This document shows positions 10,658 to 21,030 of a stretch of DNA of 64,000 nucleotides, one piece after another (position 1 is the stretch's first letter; the number at the start of each line of letters is the position of its first letter). Under the pieces are notes generated by a model, which made no database searches, had not been told where the DNA came from, and worked only from the letters and a program-made list of their open reading frames with translations. A program made the translations under genes and the position numbers. Source of the stretch: Bryobacterales bacterium (lineage in GTDB: Bacteria; Acidobacteriota; Terriglobia; Bryobacterales; UBA6623); contig OY729428.2 of assembly GCA_963422375.2 (NCBI GenBank), positions 2,752,001-2,816,000 on the forward strand, written 5' to 3'.

Positions 10658-11386
10658 CTACGTGGTGCGCCACGCTCGAAGCCTCGATAGACTGCCACGG
10701 TCAACTAGAAGAACGCCTTTCCGGCGTGCGATCCGCACGGCCTCGCGCGTGAATCCGACCGCATTTGTTACAACGATGGGCCTCGTGTCACCCACAATAT
10801 TGTAGCTGGAAATCGAGCGCAACACTTCCTTGATGGCGTCGCCTCTGCACTTGGCACCACTCTGCTGCGTGTGCTTGCACTGCACAATGATAGTGTGCGT
10901 CTCGTCGGTGACCCGTAGCGTCACCAAGCCGTCTGCGCCCCGGTCATGGCTGCGAGGCGTGTGTTGCACGTCGTAACCAGCCTTGCCTAGTTGCTCGAGC
11001 ACCCACTTCTCGAAGGCTGTCGGTTCAAGGAGATCAAAATCATCCGAGAACTCCGAAGCGTCCCGTACCTCACGGCGTGGCTCTGTCAAAGTGCTGCGAT
11101 AGAGATCTCTGACGTCCCCATCCGAAGCGGACGCCGGTGCCAACACGCGACGATTCATTTCCCGCTTCCGATTCATCAAACTGTGGAGTCTCAAGTCGAA
11201 GCAGTTCTCGCCGAAGACGGGGTGCCGTGCGAGTGGCAGATAGACGTGAACGGTGCGGCGCTGCCCAATCCGGAATACTCGATCAGTGCATTGGTCCTCG
11301 ACTGCCGGATTCCACCACCGGGAAAGGTGAATCACATGATTCACAGCTGTTAGAGTAAGGCCAACTCCGCCCGCGCACGGCGACAT
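10658..11386 (-). pseudogene. N-terminally truncated SNF2 helicase C-terminus fused to an Mrr-like endonuclease (Zorya ZorD-like remnant)
   Basis: Starts abruptly at SPxAGGVGLTLT..NHVIHLSRWWNPAVEDQCTDRVFRIGQ (SNF2 motifs V-VI), then FEKWV..DRGADG..IIVQCKH (Mrr D..QxK). SNF2 ATPase N-terminal half is absent. Confidence 0.75.
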
Positions 11387-11872
11387 ATACCCACCGTCGT
11401 CCGCTGATGCCGGACCGCCAGCGACGCTTCGTTCCAGAAAGCAGTTGCAGCCGGTTGGTCATCATCCAAGACCAGCAGGTGGATCGCAAGTCAAGCCGAT
11501 GCTGCGACCAGCATCGAATGCTCGCAGCGTGCGGGCGTCCTTGTGCCGGTTGAGTCCTCGAACACTCCCTCGAGGAAGTCAAACGATGACATCTAGCCCG
11601 CGATGGGCTGATTGGCTTGCGAGCAATTTTCCCGGGACCTGCCTATCTGCTGGCTGGGAGCCCAACGTGTCGACTCGTGCTTCAGCCCACGGTACGATCT
11701 CCTCGTGGCGATAAAAACCATACCTTGGCACTTGCGAGAATCTCTGACCGAACCGCGGGCTGACTCGGTAATTCAGGTGCCACCCTTCCTTGACATCTCG
11801 ATAGAGAAATGAGAATATATAGGAAACAAACTTCTTGATTCCGACGAATCTGCGGAACACGAGGAGGCAATC

Positions 11873-14287
11873 ATGGTTTTAGGGACAAGCCTCCCCTTTC
11901 TAGACGGGCCCGACCCGTCGCCAGCGACGCGAAGTGGCTCCGCGCTGATCGGGTCGCGCGACAACTCGCTGCAGGGTGTGATCGGGCGATTCCAAGAGCT
12001 GGCAGCGCGCCCGTCGTCGCCCGTGGCAGCGATCCACAGGCGTGCAGCCCAAGCAGCCCGCTACTCCGACCTTCCAGCAACCGTCGACGAGCGCCTGCGC
12101 AAGGCCCTCGCAGCGCGAGGGATCGAGAGACTCTACGTGCATCAGGCCGCGGCGTGGGATCGCATCGCCGACGGAATGAACGTGGTGGTTGTCACCCCGA
12201 CGGCCAGCGGCAAGACGCTCTGCTACAACCTGCCCGTCCTGAACGCGGTCGCCGACGACCCGTCGGCTTGCGCCCTGTATCTCTTCCCCACCAAGGCCCT
12301 GGCGGTGGACCAGCTGCAGGAATTCGACGCGCTGGGCGACGCGCTCGGCCCGGACGTCCGGGCGTACACCTACGACGGAGACACTCCGAGCGACGCCCGG
12401 AGGGCGATCCGCCGACGCGCCAACGTCGTTCTCAGCAACCCGGACATGCTGCACGCCGGAGTCCTACCGCATCACACGCGCTGGGCCCGGTTCTTCGAGA
12501 ACCTGCGATTCGTCGTCATCGACGAGCTGCACGCCTACCGCGGAGTGTTCGGGAGCCACCTGGCGAACGTGCTCCGACGCCTCAAGCGCATCGCCAAGTT
12601 CTATGGCTCCGAGCCCCGCTTCGTGTGTTCCTCCGCCACGATCGCCAATCCCAGGGAGCTCGCCGTAGCCCTGGCTGAGGAGGAATTCTCCCTGGTCAAC
12701 GACAACGGAGCTCCTAGCGGAGAGCGGTTCTTCGTTCTCTACAACCCTCCGGTCGTCAACGAGCAGCTCGGCATCCGCCGCAGCTACATCAACGAGGCAC
12801 GCCGCGTGGCGAGGATGTTCCTCGAGCGGGGGCGCCAGACGCTCGTTTTCGCTAACAACCGCCTAGCCACCGAAGTGCTGACGCGATACCTCAAGCACGA
12901 TGTCGGCAGCCCCGTCGGCGGGCCGCCACCGGTGCGCGGATACAGGGGCGGTTTCCTTCCGCTCGAGAGGCGCGAGATCGAACGGCAGCTGCGCTCCGGG
13001 GAGATTCTGGCAGTCGTCTCCACGAACGCCCTCGAGCTCGGCATCGACATCGGATCCCTCGACGCCGTCGTCCTGGCCGGCTACCCGGGCTCGATCGCCT
13101 CGACATGGCAGCGCGCGGGCCGTGCGGGGCGTCGCAACGAGCCCTCGGTAAGCGTGCTCGTCGCCTCGTCGGCCCCGCTCGACCAGTATGTCGTGGAGCA
13201 TCCCGAATATTTCTTCGAATCGTCGCCGGAGCACGCGAACGTCAATCCGGACAATCTCGAGATCCTGCTGAGCCACCTCAAGTGCGCCGCCTTCGAGCTT
13301 CCTGTTCAGGACGGCGAAAGCTTCGGCCCGCACGACACGACCGAACTGTGCCGCTTCCTCGAGGAGACCGGGGTCCTGCACCACGCGGGAGACGCCTGGC
13401 ACTGGACCTCCGAGGCCTATCCTGCCGACGCCATCAGCTTGCGGAAGGTTTCCAGCGACAACTTTGTCGTCGTCGATGCCAGCGCCGGTGCGCGAGTGAT
13501 CGGGGAAGTGGCGTTCCCCTCGGCGCTCTCGACCCTTCACGAGAAGGCGATCTACATTCACGACGGCTCGCTCTATCACGTGGAGAGATTCGAGTACGAG
13601 GACCGCAAGGCCTATGTCCGGCGGGTCGAGTGTGGCTACTTCACGGACGCGATCGAGCATTCCCGGGTCGAGCCTCTCGAAGAATTCGGCGAAGGCGAAC
13701 TGGGCCCGGCGAGGACGACTCACGGCGAAGTCCGGATCACGCGAAGGGTAGTCGGTTTCAAGAAGATCCGCTTCCACACGAACGAGAACGTAGGCGACGG
13801 CAAGCTGTCGATGCCGGAGCAGGAGATGCACACCACAGCATTCTGGCTCCGCTTCCCGATGGAGTACCTCGATTCCCTGCCCCACTCGACCGACGAGAAG
13901 CGGGACGGCCTAGTCGGGCTGGGCAACGTGCTGCGGACCGTCGCCTCCGTGACGCTGATGTGCGATCCCCGCGACCTCGGCTTGTCCACTCTGCACGCCA
14001 GGGACGATGCCGACGACCGTCTGAATCCGGAGATCTTCCTCTACGACAACTATCCGGGCGGCGTCGGCCAGAGCGAGCCGCTCTTCCGGTTACGGCGGAT
14101 GATCGGCAGGAGGGTGCGCGACCTGCTTCACGACTGCCCCTGCAAATCCGGCTGCCCCGGCTGCGTAGGCGCTCCCGGCGAAGTGGGCGCGCGCGCCAAG
14201 GAGGTGGCGCGTCTTCTGGCCCGCTCCCTGACGGGATCCTCGCAGTTCAAGGAAGACGCCTTGGATCCCCGCTCGGAGCGCTCATGA
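11873..14287 (+). CDS. mrfA: DEAD/DEAH-box helicase with DUF1998 (MrfA/YprA/Hrq1 family)
   Basis: LYVHQ, TPTASGKT, DELH, SATIAN, TNALELGIDIG and QRAGRAGR motifs; C-terminal CPCKSGCPGC. True start may be slightly downstream. Confidence 0.9.
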   Translation: MVLGTSLPFLDGPDPSPATRSGSALIGSRDNSLQGVIGRFQELAARPSSPVAAIHRRAAQAARYSDLPATVDERLRKALAARGIERLYVHQAAAWDRIADGMNVVVVTPTASGKTLCYNLPVLNAVADDPSACALYLFPTKALAVDQLQEFDALGDALGPDVRAYTYDGDTPSDARRAIRRRANVVLSNPDMLHAGVLPHHTRWARFFENLRFVVIDELHAYRGVFGSHLANVLRRLKRIAKFYGSEPRFVCSSATIANPRELAVALAEEEFSLVNDNGAPSGERFFVLYNPPVVNEQLGIRRSYINEARRVARMFLERGRQTLVFANNRLATEVLTRYLKHDVGSPVGGPPPVRGYRGGFLPLERREIERQLRSGEILAVVSTNALELGIDIGSLDAVVLAGYPGSIASTWQRAGRAGRRNEPSVSVLVASSAPLDQYVVEHPEYFFESSPEHANVNPDNLEILLSHLKCAAFELPVQDGESFGPHDTTELCRFLEETGVLHHAGDAWHWTSEAYPADAISLRKVSSDNFVVVDASAGARVIGEVAFPSALSTLHEKAIYIHDGSLYHVERFEYEDRKAYVRRVECGYFTDAIEHSRVEPLEEFGEGELGPARTTHGEVRITRRVVGFKKIRFHTNENVGDGKLSMPEQEMHTTAFWLRFPMEYLDSLPHSTDEKRDGLVGLGNVLRTVASVTLMCDPRDLGLSTLHARDDADDRLNPEIFLYDNYPGGVGQSEPLFRLRRMIGRRVRDLLHDCPCKSGCPGCVGAPGEVGARAKEVARLLARSLTGSSQFKEDALDPRSERS

Positions 14288-15582
14288 CCGGCATTTCGCT
14301 CCGCGACCTCGAGAGACTCCGGCGACGGATCAACTCTCCCGCGCAACAAGCGCGGGGGACGCCCCGCGGACCGGACGGCGGCCCCTTCGGCTCGAGCCGG
14401 AACACCAGTACCGGGCAATTCGGGCTTGAAGGGCGCGAGCAGCGCAATTCCAAGGGGCGCTTCCTAGTGCAGGAACGCGTGTTCGAGGACAGCGCCAAGC
14501 ACGGCCGGTTCCCGATGGCGAGCCTCCAGACGAGCCCGGCCAGCGGACTCCGGGACATCTCTTCCGGCGGGATCGGCCCGATCGATCCCCGGCGCTGGGC
14601 ATACCTCGACACGGAGGCAACCGGCCTGGCCGGAGGCACGGGCACCTGCGCTTTCCTTGTCGGCGTCGGCGCGGTCGAGCCCGGGGCCTTCCGCGTCAGG
14701 CTCTTCCTGATGCGGGACTACGACGAGGAGCCGGCGATGCTCGAGGCGCTCGCGGACCACCTCTCCCGGTTCGACGCGCTGATCACCTACAACGGCAAGG
14801 CCTTCGACAGCCCGCTGCTCGAGACTCGCTTCCTGATGAACCGCCAGCGCAACCCTCTGGAGCGGCTGCAGCACGTGGACATCCTGCATCCGGCCCGCCG
14901 GATCTGGCGGGAGCGGATGCCGAACTGCCAGCTGGGCACGCTGGAAGCCGAGATCCTCGGCTACGAACGCAGCGGCGACATCCCGGGAGCGCTGATCCCC
15001 CAGCGCTTTTTCGACTTCCTGCGCAGCAAGCGAGGCTCGCTGCTGGCACCGATCATGCGGCACAACGTCATCGACATCGTGTCGCTGGCGTGCCTCGGCT
15101 CGGTAGTGATGCAAGCCTTCGCCGCGCCGGAGAGGGCGCCGCTGCGCCACGGCCAAGACCTGCTCGGGCTGGCCCGCTGGCTGCGCGACTCGGGCGAGCG
15201 GCCGCGGGCCCTGCAGCTCTACCGCAAGGCCGTTCGGTCCGGCCTGCGGGGCTACGGCCTGTTCGCAGCCATCTGGGAATCGGCCGGCCTCGAGCGCCGG
15301 GCAGGCAATCGGGCCGGGCAGGTGAAGCTGCTGCGCGAGCTCTCCGGATGCGACAACCCCTTCCGGGCCCGGGCGCTCGTCGAGCTGGCCAAGCACTACG
15401 AGCACCGGGAAAAGGACTGCGATCACGCCCTCCAGCTGACCCGCAGCGCCAGTCGGCTCGACCCATCCGACGCCCTGGACCACCGCGAGGGCCGGCTCGT
15501 TCGCAAAATCGGCGCGCGCGAATCAGCGGATGGCGGCCCTCCCCGCGACAAGGGCGCGTTCGATCTGCACTTTCTCCCTTAG
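14284..15582 (+). CDS. mrfB: RNase H-like exonuclease with TPR-like tail (MrfB/YprB family)
   Basis: ATGA overlap with the helicase stop; YLDTEATGL, TYNGKAFD, HVDILH and HNVIDIVSL DEDD motifs. Confidence 0.85.
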   Translation: MTGISLRDLERLRRRINSPAQQARGTPRGPDGGPFGSSRNTSTGQFGLEGREQRNSKGRFLVQERVFEDSAKHGRFPMASLQTSPASGLRDISSGGIGPIDPRRWAYLDTEATGLAGGTGTCAFLVGVGAVEPGAFRVRLFLMRDYDEEPAMLEALADHLSRFDALITYNGKAFDSPLLETRFLMNRQRNPLERLQHVDILHPARRIWRERMPNCQLGTLEAEILGYERSGDIPGALIPQRFFDFLRSKRGSLLAPIMRHNVIDIVSLACLGSVVMQAFAAPERAPLRHGQDLLGLARWLRDSGERPRALQLYRKAVRSGLRGYGLFAAIWESAGLERRAGNRAGQVKLLRELSGCDNPFRARALVELAKHYEHREKDCDHALQLTRSASRLDPSDALDHREGRLVRKIGARESADGGPPRDKGAFDLHFLP

Positions 15583-17283
15583 AAGTTCCGCCAGTTCCCG
15601 GGCGTTGCCCGCCTTCTCGGCGTCGGAGATGCGCCGGCGCACGGCGCGATGCCGATCCTCATCGACCTGCCGCCGCAGGGCGCCCAGCGCCTCGCGGCCC
15701 TCCCGGATCGAAGGTACCGGCCGGTCCCGGTCGAGGACCAAGCGGGCGAGCCGGTCGCGGTCGTTGGCCTCGAGCCTGCCTTCGATCGCGGTGTACTGGA
15801 AGTCCCCTCCCGCACCCGCCGCCTGCATGGCAGCCAAGATCTGGCGGCTCGCCAGCCCGTCCGCGGAAACCTCGACGGCGGCGGGGAGCAGCTCGGCGCG
15901 GGCCTCGCGGTCGTTTACAAGCAAGACCAGCAAGAGACGCTCGCTCGGCGACAGGCCGTCCTCGACCTGGGCCGGCTCGGCGCCGGGCCGCCGACGCTGG
16001 TTCGACCCCTTGCGCAGGCGGTCCAAGGCCACGCCCTGCTCCAAACCGAGATGCTCTGCGAGTTCGCTGACGGTTGTGGCGCGCTGGATCTCGTCCGGCA
16101 GGAGCAGCACAGACTGCAGCAGGCGCTCGAAGGCCGAGGCCCGTCCCTCGGACGTGTCGAGGTCAAACTGCGTGCGCGAGCGGTCCAGCAGCCAGTAGAA
16201 GTAGCGCGGGGCCCGTTCGACCTGCTCCTGATAGGCCTCGCCCCCTCGCGCCTTGCAGAACTCGTCCGGATCCATGCCGCCCGGCAGCTCCAGGACGCGC
16301 ACGTTCATCCCGTCGCGCAGCAGGAGCTCGACCGAGCGCTCGGCCGCGGCCTGCCCGGCACGGTCGGAATCGAAGTTGACCACGACCGTGTCGCAGTGCC
16401 TCCGGATCAGCCCGATCTGGGTGGCGGTGAGAGCCGTGCCGCAGGTCGCCACCGCATTGCGGACGCCGGCCCGCCAGACACCGATCACGTCCATGTAGCC
16501 CTCGACCAGCACGGCCATCTTCTGCTGGCGGATCGGCACCCTCGCCCGGTGGAGGTTGAACAGGACGGCGTTCTTGCGGTAGATGGGCGTTTCGGGGGAG
16601 TTCAGGTACTTCGGCTGCTTGTCGGCCTGCCGGACCCGCCCGCCGTAACCGATCAGCCGGCCCGCGTCGGAGTGGATGGGGAACATCAGCCGGTCGCGAA
16701 ACCGGTCGTACACGGAGCGGTCCCTCTCGGACTCGCCCACCAGGCCGGACTCCAGCACCTGCCCCCGCTTGAAGCCCCGGCCGCGGATGTGCCCGAGGAG
16801 CGCGTTCCCGCCGGGGGCGTAACCCAGGCCGAACTCCTCGATTTGCTCGGCTGCCAGGCCGCGGGCGCGGAGATACGCCAGCGCCTCGGCCCCGGCCTTG
16901 GAGCGCAGCTGAGCCTGGTAGTACTTCTGCGCGATCTCGTGGAGCCGGAACAGCGCGTCCCGCTTGCGAGCGGCGGCGTCCGCCCCGGGCCCCTTGCCCG
17001 ACCGCGGCATCTTCTTGCCCTGCTGCTCGGCGAGCGACTTCAGGGCCTCGAAGAACGTCAGGCCCTGCATCTCCATCAGGAAGCTGAAGACATCGCCGCT
17101 CTTGCCACAGCCAAAGCACTTGTAGAACTGCAGGCCGCCGTGGACCGAGAAGGACGGCGTCTTCTCGGCATGGAATGGGCAGAGGCCCGTGTGGCGGTCA
17201 CCGCCCTGGCGTCGCAGGCGCACATGCAGGCCCACTACCGACACGATGTCGGCCGCGGCCTTGACTTCCTGCGCGAAGTCCAT
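15523..17283 (-). CDS. dnaG: DNA primase
   Basis: CPFH..KTPSF..CFGC zinc finger, DRFRDRLMFPI, KYLNSPET, VEGYMDV and FDSDRAG (TOPRIM). Confidence 0.97.
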   Translation of the reverse strand: MDFAQEVKAAADIVSVVGLHVRLRRQGGDRHTGLCPFHAEKTPSFSVHGGLQFYKCFGCGKSGDVFSFLMEMQGLTFFEALKSLAEQQGKKMPRSGKGPGADAAARKRDALFRLHEIAQKYYQAQLRSKAGAEALAYLRARGLAAEQIEEFGLGYAPGGNALLGHIRGRGFKRGQVLESGLVGESERDRSVYDRFRDRLMFPIHSDAGRLIGYGGRVRQADKQPKYLNSPETPIYRKNAVLFNLHRARVPIRQQKMAVLVEGYMDVIGVWRAGVRNAVATCGTALTATQIGLIRRHCDTVVVNFDSDRAGQAAAERSVELLLRDGMNVRVLELPGGMDPDEFCKARGGEAYQEQVERAPRYFYWLLDRSRTQFDLDTSEGRASAFERLLQSVLLLPDEIQRATTVSELAEHLGLEQGVALDRLRKGSNQRRRPGAEPAQVEDGLSPSERLLLVLLVNDREARAELLPAAVEVSADGLASRQILAAMQAAGAGGDFQYTAIEGRLEANDRDRLARLVLDRDRPVPSIREGREALGALRRQVDEDRHRAVRRRISDAEKAGNARELAELLREKVQIERALVAGRAAIR

Positions 17284-17319
17284 GCGAAGCCGCTCCCGCC
17301 CTCCGCCGCGGGAGGGCGC

Positions 17320-17982
17320 CTAGTCCAGCACTTTGATCCGGATGTTCCTGTACTTCACCACGCTGCCGGGATCGTGGCCCTGCAAGGCGATCGTGCCGGC
17401 ATCCAGCTTGCGCTCGGGAAAGTCCATGCCCCTGCCGTTGGCCAGCGGGCGGACTCCGTCCCAGTCGCCGGGCTGCACCCAGTTGGTGACCAGGTCGCCG
17501 TCGACATAGACCTTGACGCTGTTGCCCCGCACCACGATGTGCTCCGTGAACCAGACGTCGTCCTTCACCGGCGGGACGAGGTTGTCCGAAACGCCGTACA
17601 GGCCGCCGGTCTTGCGCGGGTCCCTGGCAAACGTGTTGTTCACCTGAACCTCGAAGCCCTTGAGCGGCCAGCCCTTCTCTTGGTAGGCGGTGTGGAAGTA
17701 GATGCCCCCGTTGGAGTTGTTGCCGGCCATCACGTCGACCTTCAGCTCGAAGTCGCGGAACGACCCGCCGTTCAGCTCGCCCGCGTAGAACAGATGCGCC
17801 CGCGGCCCGTTGGCCACGATCGAGCCGTCCTCGATCTGGAAGCTGGACGGGTTCTCCTTGCTCAGCTGCCAGCCGTCGAACGTCTTGCCGTCCCAAATCT
17901 CGACCCAGCCCGGTTCGGCGGCCGCGAGGGGAGCCGCTGCCAGCAGGACGACGAACGGCAGCGAGATAGTCAGTCTTGCCAC
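17320..17982 (-). CDS. DUF1080 (3-keto-disaccharide hydrolase-like) exported protein
   Basis: WDGKTFDGW, NSNGGIYF, FEVQV, TGGLYG and GTIALQGHDP..VKYRNIRIK; signal peptide. Confidence 0.88.
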   Translation of the reverse strand: MARLTISLPFVVLLAAAPLAAAEPGWVEIWDGKTFDGWQLSKENPSSFQIEDGSIVANGPRAHLFYAGELNGGSFRDFELKVDVMAGNNSNGGIYFHTAYQEKGWPLKGFEVQVNNTFARDPRKTGGLYGVSDNLVPPVKDDVWFTEHIVVRGNSVKVYVDGDLVTNWVQPGDWDGVRPLANGRGMDFPERKLDAGTIALQGHDPGSVVKYRNIRIKVLD

Positions 17983-18050
17983 GCAGTTATTGTACAGGAC
18001 GTCCCTAGCGGCCCGCCGCCCGTCGCGGCGCCGAGACGGGCCGCTTCAGT

Positions 18051-20975
18051 TCAGGCCCCGGCGAACGCCTTGTTGAAGATCGCCCGCACCGAGCCCATGG
18101 TATTGCGGACCAGATCGGGCAGGGGCTGCGCCATCGTCTCGGGAGGGAGCCAGCGGGCCATCAGCTCCGCCAGGAGCTGCCGCTGCCATTCGGTGGGCGG
18201 GAGGGCATGCGCGGACGCCCCCTTGCTCACGCGCCCGCCGTGGTCCAGCGAGCGGAAGACCCGGGTGGCCGCGAGCAGGGCGTCAAGGTCCGCCTCGAAT
18301 GCGGGATGGGTCTTGCGGATGATCTCGATCCGCTGCGGGGTATTGAGGGACTCGTAGAAGGATTCCGCATGCAGCAGGCGCCAGTACAGCAGCACGAAGT
18401 CGATGTCGTAGTAGCCGCCGGGCCCCGAGCGCAGCGGCTTGGACTCCCCCTGCTCCGCCTCGAGCCGGTCGCGCATCCGCACTAGCAGCGCGGCCAGGTC
18501 GTCCCGGTGCGCGAAGTGGCGCCAGAGCACCTCCTGCAACCGCGCCAGGAACGCCTTGCCGGCGTCCGTGTCCCCGGCGATGGTGCGGGCCTTCATGTAG
18601 GTGAGCGCCTCCCACGATTCGGCCTCGCCGGAAAAGTACGCCAGGAAGCGCCCCTCGGTCTGCACCAGGTCGCCGTCCCGTCCAAGCGGCCGCAAGCGCG
18701 GGTCGATGGTGAACATCTGCCCGTCGGCGCTGTAGCTGCTCACGATGCCGATGACGCGCTTCGCCACGTCCGTCCAGAACTGGGCGCGCCCGCTCTCGCT
18801 GTCGGGAATCACGAACACGAGGTCGGCATCGGATCCCAGGTCGAACTCCCGCATCCCCAAACGACCGAGGGCGATGATCCGCAGCGCACTGAAAGGATCG
18901 ACTTCCTCGCCGGCGTCGGCGGCCACCTCCCGGACGGCCAGCACATGGGCCGCGCGGAGGATCCACTCGGCCAGGTCGCTCGAGGCGGACAGCGTCGCGA
19001 ACACGTCCTCGCCCCGGCAGATGCTGCGGGTCTGGATCGCCAGCATGCGGTGGCGGAAGAATCGTCGCAGCCCGGACACCGCCTCGTGCGGAGCCGCGCC
19101 GGGCTCGAGCAGGAGCTCGATCCCGGGATGCATCGAGCGCGGCCCGCCGTTCGCCGCCGACGCCTCCGCTGCCCGACCGGCGGGAGCCGCGATCACGCCC
19201 ACGTCCCCGGGGAACTGGAGCAGGTAGCTGGCGAAGTACGAGCTGTATTCCATCAGCTCGCCGATATCGGGAATCAGTTCCGGCTTCTCGGACAGCTCCT
19301 TCAGCACCTCGGGCATGACCACGATGCGACCGAGGAACTGCGCCAGCGCCCGGTTGCCCCAGCGCAACAGCAACGTGTCGAACTCGTCCGCCAGCGCCTC
19401 GGAGTGCCGGCGGATCTGCGGCAGATGCGCGCGCCAGACCGACGACGCCACCGGCACGACGCTCGCGCCCTCGTCCGGCGAGCCCGGCGCGACAGCAACG
19501 GCGGCCGGCTCGGGACGCTGGCTGCGAATGACCCGGTGGTAGATCTCGCTCACCGCCTTGCGGCGCTCCTGGATCTGCGCTAGGAAGACCTGCGCGGCGT
19601 CCGCTCTAGGGCGGACGCCCATCTGGATCGCCAGGCGGCGCATGGCGTCGTCCCCGCGCGGCAGCTCGTGCGTCTGGCGGTTCTCCGCGAGCTGCAGCAG
19701 GTGCTCTATCTTGCGCATGTAGGTGTAGGCGTTGAACAGCCTGCCGTAGTCCCGGGGGGCGAGATACCCCCTCTCCTTGAGCCGATGCAGGGCGTACATC
19801 GTGCCGCCGCTCCGCAGGAATCTGCCCTGCCCGCCGTACAGGCGCTGCAGGCACTGCACGAGAAACTCGACGTCGCGGATCCCTCCCGGATCGAGCTTCA
19901 CGTCGAGCGCCTTGCCGCGGTTGCGGCGCTGCTTCTGCATGCGGTCGCGCGTCTCGGAGATCTTCTCGATCTGCGAGAAGTCCGTGGTGGTGCGGTAGAT
20001 CTGCGGCGTGATCGTCTCGAGAAACTTGCGCCCCAGGCGCACGTCGCCCGCGACAGGCCGGGCCTTGAGGAGCATTTGCAGCTCCCAGTCCCGAGCGCGG
20101 TTGAAGTAGTAGTGGACGGCGGACGAGAGCGGAATGACCAGCTCGCCAGCGCTCCCCTCGGGCCGCAGGCGCAGGTCCACGCGATAGATAAAGCCGTCCG
20201 GAGTGGTGCTCGACAGCAGGTTGGTCAGCCTGAGAGCGAGCTGGCGAGTGAAGTCCTGATTCGACGTCACCACCGGGCCAGCGGTCTCGCCGTTCCCGGT
20301 GTGGATATACACCAAGTCGATGTCGGAGCTGTAATTGAGCTCGCTGCCGCCGAGCTTGCCCATGGCGAAAACCACGAAGTTGCAGAGGATCTGCCCCGAT
20401 TCCACCTCGCACAGCGGCCTGCCGAAGCGATGCACCAGCTGCTGGCGGATGTGGTCGTGCGCACCTTGGATCGTGACGTCAGCCAAGTTCGACAGTTCGA
20501 GCGCGATGTCCGCCAGCGGGGCCACTCTGAGCAGGTCGCGCATCGCGATGCGCAGCATGTGCTTGCGCTTGAACCTGGCGAGCGCCGGCGCCACCTCGGC
20601 GTCGGTCGCCCGCGCCGCGAACGAGCCTAGGTCGGAACGCAGTTCGCCCGTCGGGATGGTCCGCTCGAGGTTCTCCGGGTCGAGTACCCAGGCGAGCAGT
20701 CGGGGACTCGAGAGCAGGACGTTGGAGAGGTAGCGGCTGTTGCCGAACACGGTCAGGAGGGCGTCGATCGCCCTGCCCGCGAAATCGGCCGGCCGAGGTT
20801 CCCACGGCAGCTGGCGATAGAAATCGACGAGGCGCTGGAGAGCGGCGAGCGGATCAGGGAGCGCAGCGAGGAGCGGGGGCACTTTGTCCGCCGCCGTGGC
20901 CGGCACCCTCTGCCGGAGCGTGTCGAGCAGCGAAGCGATGCGCGCCTCGGTTCGAGCATCCATTTGGTAGGTCAT
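18051..20975 (-). CDS. glnE: Glutamine synthetase adenylyltransferase/adenylyl-removing enzyme
   Basis: Two nucleotidyltransferase domains: MGKLGGSELNYSSDIDL...RVDLRLRPEG and LGRLGMREFDLGSDADL...IDPRLRPLG; also GGIRDVEF. Confidence 0.92.
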   Translation of the reverse strand: MTYQMDARTEARIASLLDTLRQRVPATAADKVPPLLAALPDPLAALQRLVDFYRQLPWEPRPADFAGRAIDALLTVFGNSRYLSNVLLSSPRLLAWVLDPENLERTIPTGELRSDLGSFAARATDAEVAPALARFKRKHMLRIAMRDLLRVAPLADIALELSNLADVTIQGAHDHIRQQLVHRFGRPLCEVESGQILCNFVVFAMGKLGGSELNYSSDIDLVYIHTGNGETAGPVVTSNQDFTRQLALRLTNLLSSTTPDGFIYRVDLRLRPEGSAGELVIPLSSAVHYYFNRARDWELQMLLKARPVAGDVRLGRKFLETITPQIYRTTTDFSQIEKISETRDRMQKQRRNRGKALDVKLDPGGIRDVEFLVQCLQRLYGGQGRFLRSGGTMYALHRLKERGYLAPRDYGRLFNAYTYMRKIEHLLQLAENRQTHELPRGDDAMRRLAIQMGVRPRADAAQVFLAQIQERRKAVSEIYHRVIRSQRPEPAAVAVAPGSPDEGASVVPVASSVWRAHLPQIRRHSEALADEFDTLLLRWGNRALAQFLGRIVVMPEVLKELSEKPELIPDIGELMEYSSYFASYLLQFPGDVGVIAAPAGRAAEASAANGGPRSMHPGIELLLEPGAAPHEAVSGLRRFFRHRMLAIQTRSICRGEDVFATLSASSDLAEWILRAAHVLAVREVAADAGEEVDPFSALRIIALGRLGMREFDLGSDADLVFVIPDSESGRAQFWTDVAKRVIGIVSSYSADGQMFTIDPRLRPLGRDGDLVQTEGRFLAYFSGEAESWEALTYMKARTIAGDTDAGKAFLARLQEVLWRHFAHRDDLAALLVRMRDRLEAEQGESKPLRSGPGGYYDIDFVLLYWRLLHAESFYESLNTPQRIEIIRKTHPAFEADLDALLAATRVFRSLDHGGRVSKGASAHALPPTEWQRQLLAELMARWLPPETMAQPLPDLVRNTMGSVRAIFNKAFAGA

Positions 20976-21030
20976 ACGCCCCAAGACGCCAAGTTATCGT
21001 ATCCGAGGCCCGCGTCGGAGCGGGGCCGTC

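Noticed and set aside
13105..14283. 825-aa N-terminally extended MrfB ORF
   Set aside because: The extension is an alternate frame of the helicase; the real start is ATG 14284 at the ATGA overlap.
11873..14287. DUF1998 helicase as a DISARM/Druantia/Dpd defence component
   Set aside because: It is coupled to a YprB/MrfB exonuclease with host-like codon usage, which fits the MrfAB repair pair.
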